Shown here: one piece after another, positions 25,779 through 41,341 of the stretch
Layout: each line of letters opens with the position of its first letter
Position numbering within the stretch: the stretch's first letter is position 1
Notes under the pieces: model-generated
Database searches by the model: none
Seen by the model: the letters and a program-made list of their open reading frames with translations, nothing else
Told to the model about the DNA's origin: nothing
Translations under genes and position numbers: made by a program
Source: Octopus vulgaris
Lineage: Eukaryota
Length of the DNA: 64,000 nucleotides
Reading direction: 5' to 3'
Assembly (NCBI GenBank): GCA_951406725.2
Contig: OX597814.1
Coordinates: 6,076,001 to 6,140,000, forward strand

Positions 25779-27289
25779 TGGTATGCATTCTTGACGCTAA
25801 CTACTTACTTCTGGAAAAGGTCCAGCCACAGCAGAACTGCTTCAATTACTGTCAACCAGATGTTGAAGATTCAGTCAGTTTACTACTCAGAGTTTCTGAG
25901 TAGCCAGGTGACAGGGAATGGAAGGACTTGATGTGGTTTAGAGGAGAACACTGGTTAGATTGATTGTTACTGGTCAATAGCAATCTGGCTGCAGCATTCC
26001 TTGGCAAGAGCTTTTGGCACCAGGGTAAGAATGGGTGACCATAGCACATGTTCCTAGTCGTTAGGTGGTGAATTCATATCTGTTTGATAAGGAAGTGAAA
26101 ACAGCAAGCAAGTAACCTGTGGTGAGAGAGGCAACTTCGCCTGATTTATAAAAGGAATCTAATGGGTGAGTTAGGTGCCTAGGTGTGCTAAGTATGCAAA
26201 TTGGTATCCATGTAGTTTTTGTTTAACATCTGGTATTGGTAGGTTTGTTATCAGTCTGATCATATATGAGAGAAAGAAGTGGACAAGAGTTGAGGAGGAT
26301 TCCAATAAGAAGTGAAACATATGTACAACTTTTCTCTTTTCCTGGTCATCCGTATTATTGTACAGATGAATTATTTCCAATCATTATAAACATACATTCT
26401 GTGCTGCATTATCACTCGTCCCTCCATCACTCTCCTATCTACAGTATTGTTCTGCTGCTGGAAGTAATGAAATTAAAACCTGCCACTACAGCCCATTTCA
26501 TATCTCCATTTTTGTATTGCCAGTCACCATTTCTCTCTTTCCAGCAACTTCCACTTGTTGTCCTTCAGCCATTCTAATCATTGTTCCTTCACCGCTACCA
26601 CCCCTACCCTTGTTCCTCGTTCACCTCATATGGGTATCTGACCACCTCTACCTGATGCTTGGATCCATCTCTCACTCCCCCCTCTTCACACTCTTGCTCT
26701 TTCCCTCTCCACATTCTCTTCGTTTCACTTTCTGGCACAGGTTATCTTGTACATACATTCTCGTACCGTGTCACTGCCATATTTACCTCCCTTTGCAGTA
26801 TCCCTCTAGCAATCCATACAAAATACAAAATAGCCACGAATCCCTCCTCAATATCAGATCTGTCCTTATAGATTATGTCCCGTCACTAAGTGAACTTCTC
26901 ATTACCTCTCCACAAGTGACCCCTCCATCTCCCATCCTCCTTCTCGATCAAAGAAGCTCTTTAGTCTTATGAGTTACAAAACATCATCACTAATGCAGGT
27001 GCCATGGAAAAGTATCCAGGGCACTCTAGAAACTGGTTGCTGTTAGGAAAGGCATCCAGTTGCAGACATCACACCTGAGACACTGGGGCAAGGCATGGGG
27101 CCCTGGCCTATAAGGTTCCAGTATAAATGTGAACTACATACTAGCAAGGAAAAGGGGGACATAAAAATGATGATAGTGTGTGTGTATGTGAGTGTGCGGA
27201 CACACACACACACACACATATGGTTAGAGATGATCACCTTATTCCCTGCACTAAATTAAGCAAATATTAAATAAAACACAGGTACCTGA

Positions 27290-29980
27290 AGGGCGTCCGA
27301 CCATTAAAGCTATACCAGAAGGATGCCAAAAAGCAGATCAATCTGGAAAGAAGAATTTGGAAGCTTAAGAACCCTTCACATGGTCAGATATTTAGGGACA
27401 TCATCACCGAGAAATCTGATGAGAGGGTGGAGGAGCTGCAGTCCTGTGACGTAGAAGGCAGCTGGGAATTCCTGCAAGTCTGTTTGCTGAGCACCACAGA
27501 CCAAATCTGTGGCACTGGTGCAAAGTCCCTTCCAGACCTAGGGTAACATGGTGGTGGAACATTACTGTAGACAGGTCTATAAGAGCAAAGAGACAGGCTT
27601 GGAAGGCCTGTAAGAGTAGGGGTAGCAGGAGACTGTATCAGATAGCCAAAAAGGGAAACTAAGAGACAGGTGTATATAGCCAAGGAGTAGCAAAAAAGAA
27701 GAAGTTTGCCAATGTTCAGCAAGGTGAGAACTAAAGAACTGAAGTATTTCGGATTGCAAGACAGTGTGTGAGAGAAAACCGTGATGTCATAGAAGAGAAA
27801 TGTGTTTGCATGGATGATGGAGTCCTTGTGTTTAATGATTCTGCAAAGAAAGAGGCTTGGAGATGCCATTGTAAAAGAGTACTGAATGTGGAGAATGAAT
27901 GGGAGGAAGAGAGTCTGTCAAAGGTTGACCCAGTAGAGGGACGAGCTACCCAAATCGACAGTACCCTGGTAGATAACGCAATTAAGAATATGGAGACAGG
28001 AAAAGCCCCTGGCCCATCAGGAATCACTGCTGAGATGCTTAACATATCTGGTGACGTGGGTTATGGTCTTGTCACCCGCACCGTAAATCAGGTGATACAT
28101 GAAGGAGTCATATCCAATGACTGGTGTAGCAGCACCATAGTCAACTGCTACAAGGGGAAAAGTGATGCTTTTGCTAGAAATAACTACAGTGGTTTCAAAT
28201 TATTGGATCAGGTTACAGAGAGGATCATAGCCTAAGTAATTAGGGAGAGAGTTAGTCTAGATGAGATGCAGTTTGGTTTTGTGCCAGACAGAAGCACCAC
28301 TGATGTTATATTTCTGGTAAGGCAACTGCAGGGGAAATACCTAGCCAAAGATAAACCTCTTGACTTTTGATGACTTGGAGAAAGCCTTTGACGGGGTCCC
28401 CCAATCCCTTATCTAGTGGTCAGTGTGTAAACTGGGGATAGGCAAGTGGTTGGTAAGAGCTGTACAAGCCCTGTACAGGGATGCTGTCAGTAAGGTGAGG
28501 GTCAGCAACGAGTTTAGTGAAGAAATCTGGGTAGGGGTCCAAGGATAAGTCCTCACCCCCTCTTATTCATCATAGTCCTCCAAGCAATAACCGAAGAATT
28601 CAAGACAGGCTGCCCTTGGGAGCTCCTGTATGCTGATGACCTTGCTCTAATAGCTTAGTCACTGCCAGAACTAGAGACAAAGTTCAGGGTGTTGAAGCAA
28701 GGTCTAGAATCGAAGGGCCTTAGGATTAACCTAGCAAAAACCAAAGTCTTAGTAAGTAGGAAGTCTGTCAAATCACAATCCCCTTCACATAGGTCTTGCT
28801 TGATCTGTAGAAAAGGTATGAGTAGAAACTTCATAAGATTTATCTGGTATAAGTTATGGACACATAAGAGGTGCAGCAATATCAAAGAAAGGTTAACTAG
28901 GAAAATGGTTTTTGTGTGTGGCAGATGCACAGAGACAATAAACACTGAAGATGTACAGAAAACAGATTCCATCAGCCAGGGGGAGAAACTAGAAGTAGTT
29001 AATAGCTTCTGCTACCTAGGCAACCAAGTCTGTAGTGAGGGTGGATGCTCAGAGAGTGTAGCGGCTAGAATAAGAATAGCCTGGGCAAAGTTCAGGGAGC
29101 TCCTACCTCTGCTGGCAACTAAGGGCCTCTCGCTCAGAGTGAAAGGTAGACTGTATGATGCATGTGTGTGAACTGCCATGCTCCATGACAATGAAACATG
29201 GCCCATGACTGCTGAGAACATGTGTAGGCTTGAAAGAAAGGAAGCTAGTATGATATGCTGGATATGTAATGTCAGTGCTCATACTCGACAGAGTGTAAGC
29301 ACCCTGAGAGAAAAGTTGGACCTAAGAAGCATCAGATGTGGTGAGCAAGAGAGATGACTGCGCTGGTATAGCCATGTGTTACGTATGGATGAGGACAGCT
29401 GTGTGAGGAAGTGCCACTCCCTAACTGTGTATGGAACCTGTGGAAGAAGTAGACTTGGAAAGATATGGGATGAGGTTGTGAAGCATGACCTTTAAACATT
29501 GGGCCTCACAGAGATGATGACAGGAGACTGAGACTTATGGAGATATGCTGTGACTGAGAAGACCCAGCAGCTAAAGTGAGATTGCAGCCATGACTGGTGC
29601 CAGTGTTGCATGTCCAGCCCATTTAAGAGTACCCTTGATGCGTTGGGTGATATGATGTGCTTCAGAAGACCTCTTGAATCAAGTAAAACCGAAATCCTAG
29701 TTGTGGCCAGTGCTCCCTGACTGGCTGCCATTCTGGTGGCACGTAAAATGCATCATCTGAATGTGGCCAATGCCAGTGCCTCCTGACTTGCTCCTGTGCT
29801 GGTGGCATATAAAAAGCACCCACTACACTCTTGGTTGGCATTAGGAAGGGCATCCAGCTGTAGAAGCAGTGCCAGATCAAATTGGAGCCTGGTGCAGCCT
29901 CCTGGCTTGCCCAGTCAAACTGTCCAACCCATGCCAGCATGGAAAACAGATGTTAAACAACAATGATGATAATGATGATG
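27290..29980 (+). mobile_element. RTE/RTEX-type LINE, 5'-truncated and pseudogenised, with 3' UTR and (GAT)n tail
   Basis: GKAPGPSGITAEML, DLEKAFD, ELLYADDL (YADD 28629-28640), GLRINLAKTKVL, a Cys/His cluster and ARIRIAWAKFREL; its 3' end matches about 20 short copies across the window. Confidence 0.92.
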
Positions 29981-31382
29981 AGATCAATTTTATTTTGTGC
30001 TCTGTGGTGCCTGTGACTACTCTTTCTTGGATATGTATTTGTGGGTGTCTTTGGAATTCTTTTTGAAGTTCCTGTTGTATTGTTCAATTGAACAGAACCA
30101 AAGGTTTCAGATTGTTTAAAGTCAGTCTTTGAAGGAATATTCTGAGCACAGTAGTTGTCTTTTGATGGCATCGAACAAACGTTTTCTCGCTTCTGTTATT
30201 TTAGCAATATGGCTGTTGATCGTTTCAACATTGTTTTGTTTTCTTTAGATTAAAAATCACTTTGAGAAATGAAGAGGCTTCTGGTTTGTTTCATGCCGTA
30301 AAATACACTGAAGCAGATGATGTTTCTCCATCTAGAAATATTGGAATGGTTGCCGTTTAGGAATTTATTCCAGCTTTTCATTTTGATGATCACAGGTTTG
30401 TGATGATGATGATGATGATCATCATCATCATTGTTTAATATCTGCTTTCCATGCTGGCATGGGTTGGATGGTTTGACTGGGGTCTGGCGAACCAGAAGGC
30501 TGCACCAGGCCCCAGTCTGATCTGGCACTGTTTCTATAGCTGGATGCCCTTCCTAACGCCAACCACTCCAAGTGTGTAGTGGGTGCTTTTATGTGCCACC
30601 GGCATGAGGGCCAGTCTGGTGGTACAGGCAATGGCCACATTCAAATGGTGTTTTTTACGTGCCACTTGCACAGGAGCCAGTCCAGTGGCACTGGCAACGA
30701 CCTCACTCAAATGTTTTTTCACGTGCCACCAGCACAAGTGCCAGTGAGGCGACGCTGGTAATGATCATGCTTGAATGGTGCATTTTACATACTGCCAGCA
30801 CGGAAACCAGTCACCTGCTCTGGCAGCATTCACACTCAGATGGTGCTCTTAGCGCCCCACTAGCACGGATGCCAGTTATTGAATTTGATTTCGATTTCAC
30901 ATAATAGAAAGATAACCTAATCCAGTATTTCCCCTCTTGTAGAAGCCTAAGTGAAGGATACGTTCATTGTCTTAACTCTTGGTAATCTCTGTAGAGTTGG
31001 TGTCATCTATGAATGGAATAAAACTAAGCAGAAAAGGGACTTCTCTAAGTTTTACATTACTGCAGTACTTAAAGAACTTCTGTATTAAGAATTAGGGTCT
31101 TCCCCCACCATTACTAGCTATAGATCATAAAACAATAAGTTCTCTTTTTCACCAATTATAAATTATGGAAAAAAAACCCCAGAAAAATGTATGCTGGCAT
31201 CCTGATTCTAAATACATAATGATATCTAGAATAGCATTTGGCTTTTAGATAAGGTTTTTGAGTCAGAAAAAGAAAGAATTCCTATTAAAATGGATTGTAG
31301 CAGAAATGGTGCCTGGAAGGACATGGTTCCGAAGTTGGGAGTGTTCCTTGTCTGCTAGTTGTAATTTGGTAATGAACAGTTA

Positions 31383-31770
31383 GGTGCAGGAGTGGCTGTG
31401 TGGCAAGTAGCTTGTTTACCAACCATATGGTCCCGGGTTCAGTCCCACTGCGTGGCACCTTGGGCAAGTGTCTTCTACTATAGCCTCGGGCTATTTGGTA
31501 GACGGAAACTGAAAAAAACCTGTCGTATATATGTATATATATATATGTATGTGTGTGTATGTGTTTGTGTATCTGTGTTTGTCCCCCTAGCATTGCTTGA
31601 CAACCGATGCTGGTGTGTTTACGTTCCCGTCACTTAGCGGTTCGGCAAAAGAGACAGATAGAATAAGTACTGGGCTTACAAAGAATAAGTCCCGGGGTCG
31701 ATTTGCTCGACTAGAGGCGGTGCTCCAGCATGGCCGCAGTCAAATGACTGAAACAAGTAAAAGAGTAAAG
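31383..31770 (+). mobile_element. Composite tRNA-derived SINE with internal TA/TG microsatellite
   Basis: Head gagtggctgtgtgg...ggttcagtccc, tail (taaaaga)n; other copies at ~32695-33030, 41071-41563, 43538-43936 (-) and 53220-53625. Confidence 0.9.
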
Positions 31771-31978
31771 TTAATGTTGTTTAAACTCATTGATGTTTTT
31801 TTAAAGTAACTCTTATTTAAAATATTTGATTTTAAACTGTTGTGTCTGTCAAGTTAAGAGCTGGAATAGGGAAAGCTATCGACTAGGAACAATGTTGTGC
31901 TGTCCAGAAAACATCTGCTGCTCGGATTTCCCCAGGATGTTGTTAGGACAAAGATTTGTCATGTATTTTAATGGTTCT

Positions 31979-32009
<31 letters not shown>

Positions 32010-32011
<2 letters not shown>

Positions 32012-32240
32012 TGTGTACAGTGCTCAGGTGCACTACAACTCATCTAAAGTGTATATATAATCAGGTGTAGTTTCGACGGATTTCGGGAAGCATGAGGGCC
32101 TTAAAGGATGCAGTGTCATGGCAGTCAACAACTGATGCAGGCAGTTTATTCCATGCTTCAGCAACCCTGAGCGTGAAAAAATGTTTCCGAAAGTCATGGG
32201 AGCTGTGCTGTTTTCTGACTTTGTAGGCATGTCCACGTGT
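32010..32240 (-). mobile_element. CR1/L2 LINE 3' end
   Basis: TRGHAYKVRK...RKHFFTLRVAEAWNKLPASVV...SFK followed by an (ATT)n tail. Confidence 0.8.
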
Positions 32241-34238
32241 GTATTTTGTCCACGTGTGTAGGCATGTCCACGTGTGTATTATGTATTTTAGTTTACCAAA
32301 ATATGCCTTTTGGATAAGATGTACACATGAATTGTACAAAAGATAAATCAATATTTTCTCAATAATGTTTCTGATATTTTTTCTGTTAAATAATTTGGTC
32401 AGTGGTTAGAGGAAAATACGACAGAAAAACGGAAACCATTTGAGAATTTTGCTTTCGTTTTTGTTCTGCTCAGGCTTATCTCCCTTGCACCCTAACTCTG
32501 AGAACTTGAAAAAAAATTAACGAAGAAAACAAAAAAAATTTAGGAAATGAATAAAAATAAAAAGCAATTATTTATTTACTGATTTTATTTTATTTTTCTT
32601 TTCATTTTTTTTTTTACTGCTTTTGTAAATCATATTTCTACTGAATTATCACAAATAAATTGAAATTAGTGCGTCGAAAATTTAAATTTACAAGAATGGC
32701 TGTGTGGTAAAAAGTTGACTTCCCAACCACAGGGTTCAGGGTTCAGTCCCACTGTGTGGCACTTTGGGAAAGTGTCTTCTACTATACCCTTGAGCTGCTT
32801 AAAGCCTTGTGAGTGGATTTGGTAGATGGAAACTCTGTGTGTGTGTGTCCTACCACCACTTAACAACCGGTGATGGTGTGTTTACATCCCTGCAACTTGG
32901 TAGTTCAGCAAAAGAGACTGAAAAAATTGGTACTAGGCTTCAAAAAAAATGAGAACTGGGTTGATTCGTTTGACTAAATGTGGTGCCCCAGCATGGCCAC
33001 AGTCTTAATGACTGAAATAAAAAAATAAAAATAAAACACTTGCACTCATCTCATTAACTCTCTTTGATATTTATTGGAGTCAAGGATTTCAAAGTTGGCA
33101 GAACCATGGGAGCCTTGGTGGGTAGGGCTCGGGCAGGAGACCCTGCTGCATCTGCTTCTGCTCCCTAACATTTCAGGACCAATAAAATAAGGTACGGTCA
33201 AAGTAAATGACTCGACCCTTGTCCCCTCAAAACTGCTGCAGCTTGGCCAAAATTAGAAACATTTATTTTGGGTTTTAAATGTTAAATAGTGAAATTTCAA
33301 TAAAATAAGAATTTGGAAGAAAATTTCCAAATTTGATTTCTTAATTTTTGCCAGATTTGTTAATTAAGAAGAAAAGAAAAAAGACACACAATAAGTTGAA
33401 GAGAGTCAACTGATGAAACTGACCTGTCTCCATTGGGATCCTTCTGTGACCATCCCAACTATTTTTCATAAAGGCTACATCAGTGAATGTGTTTTTGTTG
33501 TGATTTGAAAAGGATTTGGCTATTATTTCTGGCATTGTCAAGTAACTACATATTCTGCTACATGGCAGGCTTCTTTCAGTTTCCATCTACCAAATCCATT
33601 CACAAAACTTACATTGGCCTGGGGCTATAGTGCAAGACTCATACTCAAGGTGCCAAACAGCAGGACTGAACCAGGGCTGGCCTTACGCCAATTAGCCCGA
33701 TTGCTCCCAGTCAGGCCCTTTTCCCCAGGGGGGCCCTACACTCAAGGAAGCCACATCCTATACTGTGATATTTCATGAAGGTGGTCTCTCTGAAGCTTAA
33801 AAAAATTTACGTAAAAATGCTCTTTAAAAAAAAAAAAGAAGCAAAACTTACTTTATACACCTTAGTGACACAAGATACCAAAAAACAAACCCATTCATCC
33901 AAAATTGCATGGGTCAGCCTTGCTTCTATTTCTGTTGTGAGGGTCAATTGTATGTATGTGTTTATGAGCATGTTTGCATAAAATATTTGTGTGTGTGAAA
34001 GTATGTATGTGGTTGTTTAAGTGGATGGTGAATTGCATGTATGTATGTATGTGTGCGTATGTTTGTGTGAGTTGCTATAAATATACTTTGTAAATGTTTA
34101 AAATTTTGGGGAAACATTTTTATTTCAACATAGGGTATTATATATATATATATAAATTACATAATATCTATCTATCGGTCTATATATATATATATATATA
34201 TATTGGAAGGTTTGGAGATGATGTACAGGTATTATATA

Positions 34239-34276
<38 letters not shown>

Positions 34277-34810
34277 GTTCGTCATGTGTTACATATGGAT
34301 GAGGACAGCTGTGTGAGGAAGTGCCACTCTCTAACTGTGGACAGAATCTGGGGATGAGGTGGTGAAGCATGACCTTCGAACATTGGGCTTCACAGAGGCA
34401 ATGACAGGAGACCAAGACCTTTGGAAATACGCTGTGATTGAGAAGACCCTGCGACTAAAGTGAGATCGCAGCCATGGCCGATGCCAGTGTTGCATGTCCA
34501 GCCCATTTAAGAGTACCTGGGTGATATGATATGCTTGAAAAGACCTGTTAAGTCATGCGAAACCAAAATCGTAGCTGTGGCCAATGCCCCAACTGGCTCT
34601 TGTTCCAGTGGCATGTAAAAAGCACCATCCAAAGTGGTCGATGCCAGTGCCACCTGACTGGCTCCCATGCTTGTGGCACGTAAAAAGCACCCACTACATT
34701 CCTGGAGTGGTTGGCGTTAAGAGGGTCGTCCAGCTGTATAAACATTGCCAGATCCAACTGGAGCCTGGTGCAGCCTCCTGGCTCTTCAGATCTCAGTCAA
34801 ACCATCCAAC

Positions 34811-36454
<1,644 letters not shown>

Positions 36455-38803
36455 AAAGTGGATGTTAAATGATAATGATAATACTAACTATAATAACAAT
36501 GATAAATGCTTTGATACAGTACCATGCAGTGACTCGTGTGGCCTGCCATCTTAACTGATTGGAACATGTCTTGGTGTAAAAGATGGGCTACAGCAAATAT
36601 TCTGCTCAATACCGCAGATTTGCTTGTCAGTGACTTGACCCCTTAACTAGTGGAGCATGGTCCTTCATCATCATCATCACTACCTTTTTCACTAAACCAT
36701 ATTTTGCAGAAGAGAAGACTCCTGTGTTTTCTCTGATGCCAGCCAAGAAATTGTTATTGTGGATTTCTTGCATCTTTCTCGTTATCACTTGCTTCATCTT
36801 ACTCTCTAACTTATTCTTTCCTTTGTTTTCCAACTGGGGGCATCCATGTATCTACTCTACAACAAAACGCCTCTCTCTCTCTACCCTCTGTACCTTTTAT
36901 CTCTCAAATGGCACAAATTTGCATCCCTTCAATACCACCCCTCCCTCCCACTTGAGGGTTTTTTGTCTTACAAGGTACTTGGTAACCCTGTTGGTGTTGG
37001 TGCCACATAAAAATGCACCCAGTTCACTCTGTAAAGTGGTTGGCATTAGGAAGGGCATCCAGCTGCAGAAACCATGCCAAATCAGACAAGGGAACCTGGT
37101 AAGGCCAGGTTCTTTGCCAGTTCCTGTTAAACCGTCAAATCCATGCCAGCATGGAAAACGGATGTTAAAGGATGATGATGAATGGGGTGGTTGCAGACTG
37201 TTGTAGTTGTGTTCTGGTTGTTGGTCAGCTGACATAATGCAATCATGCAAATGTTTTACATGAATAAACTGCAAACAAAGACAACAGTGTTGTGTAAACC
37301 AATGACACCCAGAGGATGGCCATTGTCTGTCGATTTCACTCAAAAACAGTAAGCATGAATACTCAACTGGTTTTCCCACCAATTTTGTCTGAAAACAGGC
37401 GTTTAAAGTGTACCACCAGTTGGGCTCTGTCTGATCATGTGAACAAGGCTTTTCTTCTTCTTAGAATCACATTTCCAAAATTAGGGGGCAGCACCTACCA
37501 TGCCATTTAAATTGGCATTTCACAACACTGCTGTTACACCCAGTTCTGCCTGATCATGGCAGCCAGAAACAATGTTGCTTACCATTTCTTCCCCACCGAA
37601 ATACCTTCCACGGTTTACGTCTTCTGCTTTCTTTCATGTCTTTGAGGATTTAAAGCTGAGGACAACTCACAGTTTGGAGTCCAGTTGTTTTTATCAGTTG
37701 AAGCAAACATAACACTATGAAATCCAAACCAACCAGAAATGGGATTTGCCTTTCTCTATATCAATCGCCATTTAATTGCTAATTGCTGATGCAAATGTTG
37801 CATGGTTTTTCCAGCCACACTTCTTTACATCCTAGAGAGAGAGAGAGAGAGAGAGTTAACATGCGAGGTGCAGGATGAGTATTGTATAACTTTTTGAAAA
37901 TACATATTTTTTTGTTTTTAATGAAATTTTCAGAGATAGGTTTTCAGTGGAGTAGATTGTAATTATGTTGATAAAAGTTTAGAAAAATCACAACATATAT
38001 TCGTTGCAAATATACAAATGAGAAATTTGTTTCATTTAATTTTAAGATAATAAACATTTTTCTTTCGAAAATTAGTTTTCATTTCAATATTTTGCATAAA
38101 TACCAAGAAATTTGAGAAAAATTATTAAATAATAATTATTGTTTGTATGGCATATTTCCTGAAATTGTCCATGGTGCCAAAACTGAACTTGCAGATTTAC
38201 TTGTCTGTGCAAAATATCTGTGAGATTATATTTAGTAATGTTACATCAAAGGTGACATGCTCCAGTTGAAAGGTTGGCAGAGGAATCGTTCTGTGAGGAG
38301 AATCTCTGAACAAAAAATGCAATCCAGTTACATTTTGTTATCTGTGGCAGAAGACTTGTATTTGAAATTTTCTACACCTAAAACGAACCATTTTACCTGA
38401 CAAGTGGAATCGCATTAATGGACCAAGTGCAGTTTAACAGGCTTTCACAATGATATACCCGTGCCGGTGGCACGTAAAAAGCACCGTCTGAATGTGGCAG
38501 ATGCCAGGGCCACCTGACTGGCATCCATGCCGGTGACACGTAAAAGCACCAACCGATTGTGGCCGCTGCCAGCCTCGCCTGGCACCTGTGCCAGTGGCAC
38601 GTAAAAAGCACCCACTATACTCGCGGAGTGGTTGGTGTTAGGAAGGGCATCCAGCTGTAGAAACATTGCCAGATCAGATTGGAGTCTGGTGCAGCCTCCA
38701 TGGCTTACCAGACCCCGGTCGAACCGTCCAAGCCATGCCAGCATGAAAATTGGATGTTAAACGATGATGATGAACTGTTTTAGACAAATCTTTGAATTAC
38801 TAA

Positions 38804-39060
38804 AAAGTAAAGTCAGTCGTCACATCAAAGTGGCTGTTCCATGTTATTACTAGTTTAACCCCAGGCAGATCCTCCACCAGCTGGTTATTGGTGTGACTCT
38901 GCATGCTTTATATACAGTATATATTGTCAGCAGGGGGAGCGATATATTGTGTATAAAGGGTACAGTAACACACCAATAACCAGCTGGTGGAGGATCTGCC
39001 TGGGGTTAAACTAGCAGTAACATGGAACAGCTACTTTGATATGGCAACTGACGTTACTTT
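38804..39060. repeat. ~257 bp hairpin (arms ~119 bp, ~19 nt loop)
   Basis: Core ctagtttaaccccaggcagatcctccaccagctggttattggtgtg is mirrored at ~38970-39014. Confidence 0.9.
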
Positions 39061-40277
39061 GGAGTATAGTTACCTCTCTGATCTCTTCTTGAGATTTTAA
39101 AACTATTTATTTTGTTTGTTTGAATTATTAGTCTTTAATCTTAACCATAATTAGCTGCAGCTAAAATCTGAAGGTCACTGAAGGGCTGTCACTTGGTTAA
39201 CCCTTCTGAGACAACCACTTCTTCTCGAGACTGCCTCTGGTTCTTTGATCTAAATTAGAACTTATCAAAATTCCATGTTAATCTATGTTTCAAACATCAA
39301 CTTAATAACGAGAGTTATTTTATTAAATTTTTCATTATTTTCAAAATAAACTCAAATGAAAAATGGTAACAAAAGGCTTAAAGAACATTTGGCCATGAAT
39401 CTTTGTCAATTCGGCTGAACAGCAACAAAACAATTTAAAAATACTGCTGATTCAGCAGATTTTAGTTCTTTGGTGAGATATCACCTTGAAAACATCCGCC
39501 AAAGATTATTTTGTGTTTGAAATCATGTCACAACTAGTTTCCTTGACTCTAAACCAAACTGTTATAAAAACAAAAAGAAAACAATAAGCAAAAAGAAAAA
39601 AAACAATACTAGAAGTAAAACTAAAAATAAACCAAGATAAGAGAAGATATTCTCTGCTGAACAGGCTTCATTCACACCTAACTGATTTGGCAGCGACCGA
39701 GGAAGAAAGCTGATAAAGAAGTTTATTATTTCTCGAGTGGTGAGAGCTTTAATCAGAGATTTGTTAACAACAAACAGCAGGGTGCTTTGTTTGTTGTAAT
39801 TGGTGAGTTAGTGTTAACTGCTGAGGTGTAATTAAATAGATAACCAGTTATAAATATGTGCTGAGGCGGCACAGATAGTCAGATAGTTCAGTTAGTGTTA
39901 ATGGCTGAGGCATATTCAATAGATGACTAGCTATAGATATGTGGTGAGGCACAGATCGACAGAAAGATAACTTAGTGTGAATGTATTTAAGGCAAAGAAT
40001 ATTAAAACCATTCTCATTTAACCCTTTCGTTACCGTATTTATTTTGGGATGCTCTGTGTTTCTCCCAGTTATTTTAAATATAACAAAGAATTTAGTAAAA
40101 TAACTTTGTTATCGTTAAGCTGGTGTTAGGAACATAAATTGTGACTAAGGTTTGGTGGAAGATTTTAATTCAAAACTTATGAAAACAAGACATTTGTGCT
40201 ACAGAGCCACAGCCGGTTTCGGCTGGGTTGGTAATGAAAGGGTTAACATTCATGTTGGCAAGGGTTGTATAGTTTGA

Positions 40278-40510
40278 AAGGCGGCCAGCTGGCAGAAACG
40301 TTAGCACGCTGGGCGAAATGCTCAGCATTATTTCGTCTGTCGCTACGTTCTGAGTTCAAATTACGCCAAGGTCAACTTTGCCTTTCATCCTTTCGGGGTC
40401 GATTAAATAAGTACCAGTTACGTACTGGGGTCGATGTAATCGACTTAATCCGTTTGTCTGTCCTTGTTTGTCCCCTCTGTGTTTAGCCCCTTGTGGGTAG
40501 TAAAGAAATA
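40278..40510 (+). mobile_element. tRNA-derived SINE with 12 bp TSD
   Basis: TSD tgtatagtttga at 40266-40277 and 40511-40522. Confidence 0.9.
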
Positions 40511-41310
40511 TGTATAGTTTGATAGGATCTGAGGGGTTCCAAGGACTGCATCAGTCACCCCTGTCTACTTAGGCAGGGTTTCTACAGCTGGATGTCCTCC
40601 CTAGCATCAACCACTTTACAGCATGAACTGGGAACTATTTTCATGCGACCAGCAATAGTGAGGTTGCAAAATATGTTGTAGCTTCATGGCTACTCACATT
40701 TTAGAAGAGAGAATGGGAATGACTGGGGTGGAACAGGGAAGAGAGATTAAAACAGTGGAGATGAGGTATCTGGGTGGATCCTCAAGGTATGAGGTAAATA
40801 GAAGGGTGGTGGGTAGATCTGTAGGCCTGGAGCATGGGGGAGAGTGGGAAAGTGATGGTAGAGGAGGAGAAATAATTTGGTGATTCAGGATGGTAGTAGT
40901 GATCAATGTAAAATAGTGGTGGTGAGGACCGTATAAGGCAGAAGGATAAATATGAAAGGCAAAGTTGACCTTGATGGAATTTGAACTCAGAACGTGAAGC
41001 CAGATGAAATGCCACTTAGCATTTCCCTCCACTAATGATTCTGCCAGCTCGTTACCTTAAATATTTATAGGTGCTGGAGTGGCTGTGTGGTAAGTAGTTT
41101 GTTTACCAACCATGTGGTTCCGGGTTCAGTCCCACTGCATGGCACCTATGTCAAGTGTCTTCTACAATAGCCTTGGGCCAACCAAAGCCTTGTGAGTGGA
41201 TTTGGTAGACAGAAACTGAAAGAAGCCCATCGTATATATGTGTGTGTGTGTATGTATATATATATATATATATATATATACATACATACATACATACATA
41301 CATACATACA

Positions 41311-41341
<31 letters not shown>

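Noticed and set aside
30961-31006. Minus-strand exon candidate with a strong acceptor (MTPTLQRLPRVKTMN)
   Set aside because: Weak donor, no homology and no phase link to either gene
39470-39500. Minus-strand FQGDI as the astacin Asp-switch exon
   Set aside because: In-frame stop five codons later, no good splice sites, and exon 5456-5499 already fills that position
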